DNA of 59,041 nt, filler included, from Sphacelaria rigidula (GCA_964200075.2; 10 parts of 10 records of this genome joined end to end with filler, not necessarily neighbours in it), one strand, 5' to 3'. Positions 24,851-35,595 are shown, counted from the whole stretch's first letter. Notes: generated by a model from the letters alone, not told the origin. Program-made: numbers and translations.

Positions 24851-26367
24851 AAAAAGATACCTATGGTGGTGACCTAACTGTTGCTAGCATCGTGCATAGG
24901 GATGCATCAGCTGCGATCTGGAGCTTTCGTTGATGTACTCTACTGAGACTGCCTCCCGTCTACAGACGTTTGCCTATAGAGGTCACACTTGGTAATATTA
25001 TCACATGTTATTATGAACCCAAATTCGGAATACCTTTGGAAACGAAAGAGTTCGTTTTTTCAAAGTACGTCGACATGGTTGAAATGACTCTCCTAACCCT
25101 CATTCTTCAACACAATACAGTACAGATGACGGAAGTACAGTTCCTTTGAGGCCCTTAAGGCTGAAAAGGCTTCTACTGATCCGAAATTAAAAAAGAGTCC
25201 GTCCTGTCCTATCCGTCTGAACCTCATTACGAAGCTCCGACCCACGCACTTTTTGTTTCCTGAATAGATTCGAAACCGCGCTGCGCGAAAACCTATCCCA
25301 TCGCTCTTCTAACACCAACCGAGACACTCTCAACAAGTTTGAGCTTTATTGGTGCCCATGGCGTTGTGTTTCGCTTCTGTCTCTGGGCGCACTCGAGAAC
25401 ACCCCGAATCCGACCCCTTTTGAGCAGAGCGAGTCTTGATTGAATTTCTCAGACTTTACTGTCGCAACTTCAACCGAGGCACTTTCGGAAGTTGGAGGCA
25501 TCACACGCAGCAACCGACTCTCCGAATCACTTTAAACACCCTCAAGAAGGTTCAGCTTCATTGCTGTATTCTTCGTTGTCTTCGCTTGTGCGTGCCGATG
25601 CCGTCCGTTGCTGAGGTAGAGGGGGTGCAAAGTACGTGATCGACTTCCCGGCTCATTAACTCGTGAAGCTTTGCCTAGGGATAGAAGAGAGATTAACCAC
25701 GAATCGGCCAGGAAATCGATGCCAACATATATTAAGGTGCGTCCTCCCGTTGGACGGTGTAGAAGTACAGACATTGCCGACAACACCGCTGCCGAATGTG
25801 AGCGTTTTTGTGTGCCGAGCATGTGCGTTTGTATCGTTGTACTTTCTGTAGTGTAATTGCAAAGTACAGGAACCGACTATATTCTCGAGTACAGCTTGTA
25901 TCTGTAACCTCGCACTACTGAACTGTCTGTGCTTGCATAACTGCGCTTCGCACGGCGCTTCGCACGGGTTTGACAAGCGGATAAGAAGTGTTGACGCCGT
26001 ATGGTGTGATGGTAATGTTTTATGCTGCACTGCGCTACTGTCTGGGTGTATCATAACAGACGATACTGTACTATCCTACACTCTGCTGTCGCTGTACTTG
26101 AAGGGTGATGAATGGCACTGCACGCGTGAACTTTTGTCGCACACTGTGCAATGTTCTCGCAATACCCACTGTATCGTCATGTATTACCACACGGCATTAC
26201 CGTGTACTGTGATTGTGGAGTGTACTGCACTGCATTAGACCCTAGGGTACCGCGGTACGACGCTGCTCTTGAAAGATGATTCACTGCCTGCCTGTTCTTC
26301 GGCTTCATTGTGACACTACACCCCTGCCGAAAATGATCCTCCGTGTACAGAACAATTTGAACAAATC

Positions 26368-28461
26368 TGTGAAACCATTACACATACAGGCGCACACGCG
26401 AATCTGAGTTTCGCGAATCTGAGTTTCACGAATCTGAGTCCCCCAGAGTTGGCATAGATTGGGGTCTATAGACTTCTGTCACAACAGCAGCACTCGAGCC
26501 ACAGCCGCGTGCCCAGCGTAGAGCAGCTTTTCCACTCGAACACTTGCTCCTCACGCCATGAGTCCAGCTACAGCTACCACCCTCGTGGAGCCGCTCAACT
26601 CGCCACTAAACGGTATATCCGTACCGCCGAACCAGTGCGACAAGCCATCTATCTCCCCAGATACCTGGGCAGTACTGAATATCTGTGCTTCGGTCAGTTT
26701 TGCAGAGGAAACGAGAGGCGAAACGGGAACAGCTGTACAGTCCCGAACAGCAACACCTCCTGATGGCACATTATCCTCTTCAAACACCCCGCGGCGCAAC
26801 AATGGAGACACCTCCGCCATCGCCGCCAAATACGCCAAACCTGTCCATATAAACAGCAGTGCACACGACCACCCCAACACCACGCGACGCTCGTCGTCGC
26901 CGTAAGAATTGTGATCGCTAACAGCATCACGAGCTTGCAGCTCGCTCTGCGTACCCGCTTCACGCGGGTCACACCCCCCTGTTGTTTCGATCATGCAAGG
27001 CATGTCCACAGCTACGCGCTGCTCCGGCGGCAATTCCGCCAACCCGGCATCCACCTGTCCTTCAAGCCGACACCCCTGCGAATCATCTGAACGATCTCCC
27101 GCCATGTCACTGGCGCAGATAGATTCACCATGAGCACGGAAAGCTACTTGCTCACCCTGCTCGTTCGCAATACTCGAATAGCACCCCTCTACAGCTTCGA
27201 GCATGCAAGGAGATCTGTCATGGTTCGATACTTACCGCCTAAGTGGAAAGGTGCCAGTTCAGTGGACACCTGGGCTAGCGGGCCCAAACACAGTCATGGG
27301 TATCGAATCCATTGAGCTCGACTTTACCGAGTGTGGAGTCAACCAAAGCACCAGTGATCAGGCGGCATGCCCGTGGTCTGTGCCATTGAGGCAAGACAAC
27401 ACATGTTGCATGAAAGACAGGCTTACATTGTGCGAAGGCCAGAGACTCCTCTGAGATCGCAGTCCGTGATAGTGTTGGTGCTTCTTGTATTGTGGGCAAA
27501 GGGCTGCTAGCTACTAATCGCGCTTTGAGATGAGTCCCCAAAAGACTGTGAGCCCAGGTGGGGACAAACCCGGAAACCAATCAGACTCAGAGAATGGCCC
27601 ATGACCTGTCGGGCTAAACAAAGCAAGAGTATGGCTCATGAAGTCTACTCGACTGGATAATAACCGATAAATCCGGATCATCCCCCAGCCTTTTAATATG
27701 GCTAAGTGAAATAGATATGTTCAGGGCTGGAAGGGCCGGGAAACGACGCCTGTGCATCAACACCTGAAAAATGGAACGAGAAAAACCTGCAAATAGTCTT
27801 CCAGGGAAAAACTCGGTATCTAATAGATGGGTAAACCCTGTTAGACAAGGGAAAACCAATCCGTTAGGAGAGGAAAAAATATCTGGCGCCTTTTCAAATC
27901 GACAGAAACCGCAGACAAGTACGATCGCTGTCGGTTTCCCGGGATCTCAGTTAGACTGGAGAACGATCAGCTAATTAGCTTCATCGCGCGTCGACACCCC
28001 AGATCAGTTACACTGAATTCCGGGGTAGTGCGGGGCATTAACCATATCCAACGTTGGTTGGATTCGCTAAAAACAACCATTCCACGAACTAATCAATAGT
28101 GACAAGAGTGCAGCTTTTGGGAAGTGCTTTTTATGTAACCACTGATGCTTATACTACCAAGAATAGAGCCCATGCGCCTTGGCGCATCCATTTATTCGTA
28201 TGTTACAAGAGCGGATAACGACTATCAAGATGACAAGATGAAAAGAGAGGTGCACAGTTACTTGTATGTTACCGAATAAGATAAAACTGAGGATAGAGCC
28301 CATGCGCCTTGGCTCACACATGTATTTGTATGTTACAAAATGGGAACCAGACAAGGCCAAAGAACACCCGAAAAGAGAACGAAAAAGAGAAACAAACACA
28401 GGCACACTTGCGAAGCACAACTGAAGAGTACGGTACCAACAATTATTTTGTTTATTTCACA
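26368..28461 (-). mobile_element. Putative long (~2.1 kb) 3' LTR of a Ty3/gypsy element
   Basis: Begins TGTGAAATAAAC immediately after a PPT on the minus strand; matching inverted end TGTGAAA at 26368. The distal boundary is inferred. Confidence 0.55.
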
Positions 28462-28474
28462 ACCCCCTTCCCTG
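28462..28474 (-). promoter_or_regulatory. Polypurine tract of the gypsy element
   Basis: AGGGAAGGGGGT directly before TGTGAAA on the minus strand. Confidence 0.7.
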
Positions 28475-28532
28475 TGCAATGATGTCCTGTATCATTTCAT
28501 ACACTGACTACTCTAGGCGTTCCCGCTGCAGT

Positions 28533-29390
28533 CTAAAGCCGGGGTCCTTTTTCCCGCGTTAAGCGTTCTAGTTCCTGGCGGCATAGTTCCACCCAGTCCC
28601 CGTCTTCGTATCGTACTCCCCAAAAGCGACTCCCGTAGTCATACACCTGACCCTTGACCTTGAGACCCCAAAGTCTTTCCAGAAGGTAACACCTATGGGG
28701 AAACGCTTCAAGGCGTAACTGCGCAACAGGGGAGCGGGGCGCTTCCTAGAGTGCGGGGGCGGATTGGGTGCAACTGCGGGGTTGTACAGGTGCCAAAGTG
28801 CGTGGAAAGCGTGTAGTTCCAAAGGGGAAAAGCTGTTCGAAGCTGGCTCTCTGGCAACCAGTCTGACACCTTCCCCTCCAACTATCTGGCTTTATATTCC
28901 CATTGCTTCGTGCCAGTCGTGGAGTAGATCTCTCGGCGGTCCACTAAGGTGACGAACTCGTGAGTTTGGGGAGGAGTGGTGTTGGACTTGCAATCTGAAC
29001 CCCATACGTGTTGAGCGAACTCGTCGGCTATCGAGTGCCTGAGGTGCGGTGGACGAGCATGATAGGGTTTCACGTCCGAGACTGCTACTACGTGTACGAC
29101 GTTCACGCCCCTGCATGACTACCTCTACATGGAGGCCGGTCATCAGCACTTCCTTCACTCTCCAGGGCCCCGTGTACCTTTCGTGTTGCAGTTTCCTACC
29201 CTCACCGTCCCGGTGTATCGTGCTGTCTGATTCGCGTGCCATGACCAGATCCCCTTCTCTAGCCGACACTCCGGGAGAGGGTCTCAAGGTTGAGGCGTTC
29301 ATCTTCGCACGAGTCGATGCTTTCGCGGAGTGTCGTTTCTCAAGAGCTAGATGTACCTCCTTGAGGTTTTATCTACGTTGCTCCACGAAG
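28533..29390 (-). pseudogene. Ty3/gypsy integrase C-terminus (GPY/F-like, chromo-like and Tudor-like segments), frameshifted
   Basis: GDLVMARE...KLQHERYTGPWRVKEV; FVTLVDRR...WEYKAR*LEG..SDWLPE; FPIG.TFWKDFG / VKGQVYDY..RFWGVRYEDGDWVEL. Confidence 0.85.
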
Positions 29391-29404
29391 ACATCCAGAC
29401 CATT

Positions 29405-29474
29405 AAACAACAAATTGTGCGAATTGAGGTTTAACTCCGAGATGAGGTTCAAGCCTAAAACAGTTCTTTCCCCA
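29405..29474. mobile_element. MITE family C, left end (truncated by the contig end)
   Basis: AAACAACAAATTGTGCGAATTGAGGTTTAACTCCGAGATGAGGTTCAA, same as the TIR at 30940. Confidence 0.8.
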
Positions 29475-29574
29475 NNNNNNNNNNNNNNNNNNNNNNNNNN
29501 NNNNNNNNNNNNNNNNNNTTAATTAATTAANNNNNNNNNNNNNNNNNNNNNNNNNNNNNNNNNNNNNNNNNNNN
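29475..29574. other. Artificial contig spacer
   Basis: 44 N + TTAATTAATTAA + 44 N. Confidence 0.99.
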
Positions 29575-29646
29575 AACCCTCACCATAGGAATGTTCAAAT
29601 TCCGATGCGGTCCTCTAAGCACGCGGTCCTCTCACGCATTACACCG
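29575..29646. mobile_element. MITE family A, right end (partial)
   Basis: GCGGTCCTCTAAGCACGCGGTCCTCTCACGCATTACAC TIR. Confidence 0.8.
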
Positions 29647-29700
29647 TGTTCTCCCCCAAACTAGGCACTTTGGGGGGGGGAGGCTATCGTAGAAAGTGTC

Positions 29701-29766
29701 CAGGAATCGAACCCGCACTCTGTCTGCCCTACTGACCTAAGTCGTACCATTAGTATACCGGGGCGC
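29701..29766 (-). mobile_element. tRNA-derived SINE head
   Basis: Minus strand: GCGCCCCGGTATACTAATGG (A-box-like) ... GGTTCGATTCC (perfect B box). Confidence 0.65.
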
Positions 29767-29825
29767 GGCGTCAAACGCGCACACAGCAAATATGCAACTC
29801 CAACCGAGGAAGACAAGAACGAAAT

Positions 29826-30084
29826 CAGTGTAATGGACACTTTCTACAATAGCCCCCCCCCAAAACCAGCCCCAAAGTGTCCCTAAAAAAATGGCCATAC
29901 AGCGCCTGATGTTTGTGTTCAGGCTGTATAAAGCGCTTCATATTGGAGACATTGGCTAGAGCAAACCCAAGCGCGGGAATTCCCAGCTGCTCGTTGTACT
30001 CGGTTGTTCCCATTTCGATTTACGTGGAGATTTTGCCCCCCAAAAGCATGCACCTTTTGGGGGGGGGCTATCGTAAAAAGTGTC
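29826..30084. mobile_element. MITE family B (TIR CAGTGTAATGGACACTTTCTAC.ATAGCCCCCCC)
   Basis: Inverted ends; TIR fragments also at ~29668-29702 and 58997-59041. Confidence 0.75.
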
Positions 30085-30290
30085 AATGCGTGAGAGGACC
30101 GCGTGCTTGGAGGACCGCGCCGTAGTTCAAAATACCTCAGGATCGATGGTTTTCGAAACAAATCGGGTCAGTCCCTGCAGGTACCACGCCCCTGACCCAA
30201 ACCCCAACACTAACCCTAACCCTAACCCTAACCACAGGGTTGTTCAAATTCCGATGCGGTCCTCTAAGCGCGCGGTCCTCTCACGCATTA
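30085..30290. mobile_element. MITE family A with internal (CCCTAA)n
   Basis: TIR AATGCGTGAGAGGACCGCGTGCTT.GAGGACCGC; internal AACCCTAACCCTAACCCTAA. Confidence 0.85.
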
Positions 30291-30318
30291 GAATCAGTGT
30301 CCTCATTATTCCGCTCAC

Positions 30319-33300
30319 TTTGTGGTTGATATCGAGCCAACACTCGTCCTGCACGCCTTCAAGGAAGTTGCCCACTGCCTCGTCCGGAAACTTGTGCGCG
30401 TCATCTCGCCAGGCCTCTAAGGTACCGGCGCTTATATAGCAAACCACGGCCTTCCCCTGCTTGTGCAGGGTGTTGATCGCCTCTTGGTCGGAGTCTACCA
30501 TGTGGACATAAAGCACACACGTCGGTCGATGGGGGGCAGGATGATTCACTCTCGGCAACCCGGACAGACACCCATATCTAACATGAATGTCCCAAACCAG
30601 AAGAATACCTCGGATGAATATCCCCGGTTAGAATGATATCCTAGATGGATATGACATAAAAAAAAGTGGATATAGCGGGTACGTGTGGATATCCACCTGG
30701 CATACCCCAGCTGGTTATCTCTCAGGTGTATTCTCATATACCCCCGCTGTATGTCCTGGATGGATATGGTATCCCACGTGGGCACAATATTCCAGATAGA
30801 AGTTGTTCGGTAATGCAAGACCGTGCAAAACAAAACACGTGCACCCGGAAAACACGCGCTTCCTCAGGTAAAGTCATGCAGAATGTTTATCGTAGAACCC
30901 GGCGGCTACGCGAAGATTTCTACGGGCGTATCGTAGTTTAAACAACAAATTGTGCGAATTGAGTTTTTTAACTCCGAGATGAGGTTCAAGCCTAATACTA
31001 CAGTGCTTTCCCCATACTTTCAGCGATGGTGCCCAATGACGTTTTTGTCGGCCTTATGCCCCTCGATCGCGTAGATACTTTTTCATCGCAATTCACCGAC
31101 TCTGTGAGCTTATAGCGCTGACCGAAACCGTCATTTTCCCTGATATTGAACCTCATCTCGGAGTTAAACCTCAATTCGCACAATTTGTTGTTTTTAGTCT
31201 GTCAGTAGTGTAATGCGTGAGAGGACCGCGTGCTTAGAGGACCGCACCGCAATTTTATTATCCCTATGGTTAGGGTTAGCGTTAGGGTTAGGGTTAGGGT
31301 TATGGTCAGGGGCGTGGTACCTCCAGGGACTGACCCGATTGGTTTTGAAAAACGTTGATCCTGCGGTGTTTTGAACTACGGCGCGGTCCTCTAAGCACGC
31401 GGTCCTCTCACGCATTACAAGGAGCACCCTACTCAGTTCCCTTTCATGTATAGTATGTTATTGAATGAGAGCTTGTGCATTATGATATTGCCGCAAGTGG
31501 CGGAAATGGATGTATTTGACGAGGATATTCCCACGCTACCTACTACTGTGATCAAGTATTGATAGGCACTTGCTGTATTTCCGCTGCCACCAAGAATCAC
31601 TGGCTTCCCTCGTTTCATGGCCTGTGCAATAATACTTCCACGGAACGTTTCCGGAAAGTAAAGCGTGCAGAGACGGCGTGGATGTTCTGCAAACGTTGCA
31701 TCCGACATCCGCGTTGTTTCATGTCTGGTTGATTTTATGGCCAGTAGGAGTGAAGAAAAAGCGTGGCCAAGCGGGTCTAAACAGTGGGGGAATCTGCATA
31801 ACAACAAAGCGCTTGCTACGAACAGGGCCCCACAACATGGGGCGGGGATATCTTGCGTCCCGTCGCAAGAGGACGCCAGCAAATAAATGCTAAATACTCA
31901 CCCCGCTGCCCCTCCCGAGTTTGGATCCCGTCAGGTGCTGAATGCATGAATGGACAATGGAACCTTTAATCAGAGTGAAGGTGACTGGTACAGCCCAAGC
32001 AGCAGGCGGCAACTGTCAGACTACACATATATAGCACGGGATTTTACAATTTGAAGGTGGATTTCAGTGAGGGTGAAGTATTAGGAACCTTGATAGGCAT
32101 CGAAATATTCTCAAGAACAAATGCGGATGCACTATCCGGTCGTCATGTGTGGCCTCGCTCACCCTCAAAAACAAACCCATTCGACGTTTCAAAATCCCGT
32201 GTCAACATGGGATTCTGACGAATATGAACAGTGTTTGGAACGGAATTGAATGGAGCACGGGTGGCCAGTGGGGTGCCTGCAACCTCAAATTTGGACGTTA
32301 AAGACGTTGCACAAGATCTGTCACGTCCAAAATTGAGGTTGCAGGCACCCCACTGGCCACCCGTGAGGTAGAAATTGCTCGGTATTAAACACGAGAGTTT
32401 ACAATTGCCAACATATCCTTATGAGGATGAGCAACGCCACACATCACGGTCGGAGAGTGCTTTGCATTTTCACTTCGAAACTATTTACACGTTATGAAGG
32501 TACCAAGGTTTACCCTGAAAATAATCCATCCCCACCTCGTAAGATCCCATGTTACACGCAGCTTGGTGGTGACTATTACTACTGGATTCACGCGTGGGCC
32601 TGAGCTTTCGTACTGTGTGCAGTAAAGGTAAGAAGCTATGGGCGACGCTGTAGTTAAGCTTCAATAAATAACTGTCCACAGCGAAGACGTCGAAGTTCGG
32701 CTCAGCGCAGCTGGGTAGCGGCGCAAGAGAGCCCAAGAGAGATCATGCTGTGCAAAAATGTGCTGGGCCACCACAGAGATTTTGCGGCCTGGCAAGACAT
32801 GCTGGTGTTTTAATCTGCTTGCTCCGTACCCCAACATAAATCAAACCAACATGTGACTATTACTGCTGGATTCACGTGTGGGCCTGAGCTTTCAGCTTTC
32901 GTACTGCGCTCAGTAAAGGTAAGAAGCTATGGGCGATACTGTAGTAAAGCCTCAATAAATAGCTGTCCACAGGGAAGACTTCGAAGCTCGATTCAGCGCA
33001 GCAGGGTAGCGGTGCAAGAGAGCCCAAGAGAGATCGTGCTGTGCACAAATGTGCTGGGCCACCACGGAGATCTTGCGGCCTGGCAAGACATGCTGGTGTT
33101 TTAATCTGCTTGCTCCGCACCCCATCAGAAATCAAACCAAAATACGAACAAATGTCCGTCTCCGGAGCCAGAGACACATTCGGCTGCAAATTGATTCCGG
33201 TGTACCTCAAGGGTTGAGCGCGTGTCACATTCTGCCAAAACATGCGAGACGCTGCCCGAAGGGCTCACACTACATCACAGCAGGATCACCACGCACGATA

Positions 33301-34208
33301 TTCTGCATGACAAAAGCAAGCCTGTCACCGGTGCTGACGGTGGAGCATGCACACCTGGGACACGTAGCACGATGCACTTCTGATCGGTGCTGTTTTTCAT
33401 CGAATATGAAGAAGTAGCGAGATACAGAAGAAATGAAGCCCGGTCGATTGTAACGCCAGCTAAAAACACTCACCCATATCGACGACCATGACGTCTACAT
33501 CGGCGTCAGTTCCGATGGGCGATCCCAGGTCGTAGTTCCAGCTGTATACACGCGTAAGATGGTGTTTGGGAGAGGCGACCGGGTCAATCTTGCAGCGGTG
33601 TTGAAATACTGTTGGAGGAAAATGAGACCATACGCGCAGGTGCTGGCAAAACTCGAAGCCATCGGTATAGATTCATTTCATTGTCATCAGGCACCGTCGA
33701 GTCTGTTTTTCGACGTAACTAGTAAACAATCTATCAGTCGCGATCAGCCCAAATCTCACGTTTGCCCAATCGCGGGAATCCACCCAGGCGTCGGCCCTGC
33801 AGGCGTGTCCTTCGCACCCTGCCTCTTCCTCGCCCTCCTCGCGGCCCCTCTGGCGCTCCTCCTCGCGGCCCCCCTCCGGGCCCTCCTAGCTCTTCTCCTC
33901 GCGGCGATCCTCGCGGCCTTCCTAGCCCGCTTCCTCCTCAGAGCGGCGGCGGAAATCTTGCGAGACTTCTTCTTGGGAGATTTCTTCTTGGGAGCGGGAG
34001 TCTGAGCTCTAAGTTGGCGAGATTCAACGGCCATGCTGAGCTTCCTGTTCTCGTTTCGGGCCACCTCCGAGGCAAGGATCCCCTCCATGATGTGGGGGGC
34101 ATTGGGGGGCATGGTCAGCTCCTTCGTCACGTCTCTTCTAGCCGCTTGCGCGTGCGTTGTTGTGCCGCAAAGGGCAAGAAACACTGCTGCTGAAACCCAG
34201 CACTTCAT
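30319..34208 (-). CDS. Secreted GH114-like glycoside hydrolase (endo-alpha-1,4-polygalactosaminidase family), 5' part; exons 33760-34208, 33474-33541 and 30319-30494
   Basis: Signal peptide MKCWVSAAVFLALCG; then WIPAIGQTWNYDL...DVDVMVVDMD...I.TLH.QGK.VVCYISAGTLE.WR.DA..FP...VGN.LEG..DE.WLDI, the GH114 N-terminal barrel pattern; splice phases 2 and 1 reconstitute Thr and Asp codons; 3' exons lie off the contig. Confidence 0.88.
30940..31193. mobile_element. MITE family C (~48-bp TIRs)
   Basis: AAACAACAAATTGTGCGAATTGAG...GAGGTTCAA / TTGAACCTC...CAATTTGTTGTTT. Confidence 0.85.
31207..31419. mobile_element. MITE family A with internal (TTAGGG)n
   Basis: ~37-bp TIRs; internal GGTTAGGGTTAGCGTTAGGGTTAGGGTTAGGG. 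Confidence 0.88.
32256..32365. mobile_element. 110-bp palindromic MITE family D
   Basis: CACGGGTGGCCAGTGGGGTGCCTGCAACCTCAA ... TTGAGGTTGCAGGCACCCCACTGGCCACCCGTG, flanked by AG/AG. Confidence 0.88.
32569..33140 (+). repeat. Tandem duplication of ~285 bp in intron 2 of the GH114 gene
   Basis: GTGACTATTACT.CTGGATTCACG...AAATCAAACCAA at 32569-32850 and 32854-33140. Confidence 0.9.
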
Positions 34209-34399
34209 CTTGATCTGTTGTGTGTTGATGTACAGTATATTTACCCTTGACTCGTGTAGTGTGCCGCGAAGCTGTGTATTATAGGAAGTATGCTGAAGCG
34301 AATGCTGTGTTGTTGTGATGCAGGCAGGAGAAAATGAAAGTGTCAGGTGCGGGGGCGCTGTGCGTTTCCGTGACGACCTACACCGAACGATGAACGAAG

Positions 34400-35100
34400 G
34401 AGATAGATCTCGCATGATTACACATACATACGATACAGGAAGTCCCCAGATTAATCAATTTATATTTGCGAATACGTACGTACTCGATAGACGGAAGAGA
34501 TAGATCCCACACCATACGTACAGAGTGATCACCAGGAAGTATAAGAATAACTCATCTGTCCGAATACGTACTCGATTGGCGGAGAAGATATATCTCATAC
34601 ATACAGTGTAATGCGTGAGAGGACCGCGTGCTTAGAGGACCGCGCCGTGGTTCAAAACACCTCGGGGGCGATGTTCTTCAAAACCAATCGGGTCAGTCCA
34701 CGCCCCTAACCCTAACCCTAACCCTAACCCTGACCATTGGGATGTTCAAATTCCGATGCGGTCCTCTAAGCACGCGGTCCTCTCACGCATTACATACAGG
34801 GCAAACACCAGGACAGTAGTAATTAATTCATCTTTTCGAATGTGTACATGTGTATGTGTAAACTCGATAGACGATACAGATAGATCCCATATAATATGTA
34901 TACAGAGTGATTATCGGGAAGTGTGAGAATAATTCATCTGTTTCCGAATACGTACTCCATTAACAGAGAAGATAGGTTTCACACATGAGGAACAATAAAC
35001 ATCAGGAAATAAATCAATACTTATATATTCGAATAATATGATGCGTACTCGATAGACGGGACAGGTAGATCCCACATACATGAAGAGTGATCGTCAGGAA
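34400..35100 (+). repeat. Degenerate ~90-bp tandem repeat (about 6 units), interrupted by MITE A
   Basis: GATAGATCCCAC...CAGGAAGT...CGAATACGTACTCGATAGACGG recurs at ~34401, 34499, 34587, 34879, 34971 and 35064. Confidence 0.75.
34604..34794. mobile_element. MITE family A with internal (CCCTAA)n
   Basis: TA|CAGTGTAATGCGTGAGAGGACCGCG... TIRs; CCCTAA x4 inside. Confidence 0.88.
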
Positions 35101-35320
35101 AGGATTCAGTTGTTTCTATTTTTTCCCAACAAATTGTCGTTCCTTTTCAATACGGCGTTTTGGAGGCATTTCTCTGGGGGTTCGTACACCTGAGATCATC
35201 CTCTGGCGTGCGTGTAGTAGACGGTGGTGGTCACCATTATTTGCATTTTGTGCTTGTACCACCTGCGGTGAACAACACGTGACCTCGTGAAGTACTATAC
35301 TGAAGAACACCAGATGGGAT

Positions 35321-35321
<1 letters not shown>

Positions 35322-35388
<67 letters not shown>
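35322..35388 (+). repeat. (AC)n microsatellite
   Basis: Direct reading; runs to the contig end. Confidence 0.97.
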
Positions 35389-35488
35389 NNNNNNNNNNNN
35401 NNNNNNNNNNNNNNNNNNNNNNNNNNNNNNNNTTAATTAATTAANNNNNNNNNNNNNNNNNNNNNNNNNNNNNNNNNNNNNNNNNNNN
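35389..35488. other. Artificial contig spacer
   Basis: 44 N + TTAATTAATTAA + 44 N. Confidence 0.99.
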
Positions 35489-35546
35489 CAGCAGATGCCC
35501 AGTACGAATGTACCGCGCGGATATCGGAACGGTTTTTAACGTGAAG

Positions 35547-35577
<31 letters not shown>

Positions 35578-35578
35578 C
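35547..35578 (+). repeat. (CAA)n microsatellite
   Basis: Direct reading. Confidence 0.95.
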
Positions 35579-35595
35579 GACATGACTTCGCTCTG

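Noticed and set aside
31268..31300. True telomere
   Set aside because: Only a few hexamers, enclosed within MITE TIRs in the middle of a contig.
33559..34005. Plus-strand 148-aa Leu/Ala-rich membrane-like ORF
   Set aside because: It is the antisense shadow of the Arg/Ala-rich GH114 exon 1.
35116..35388. ORF with a VCVCVC repeat
   Set aside because: Translation of an (AC)n microsatellite.
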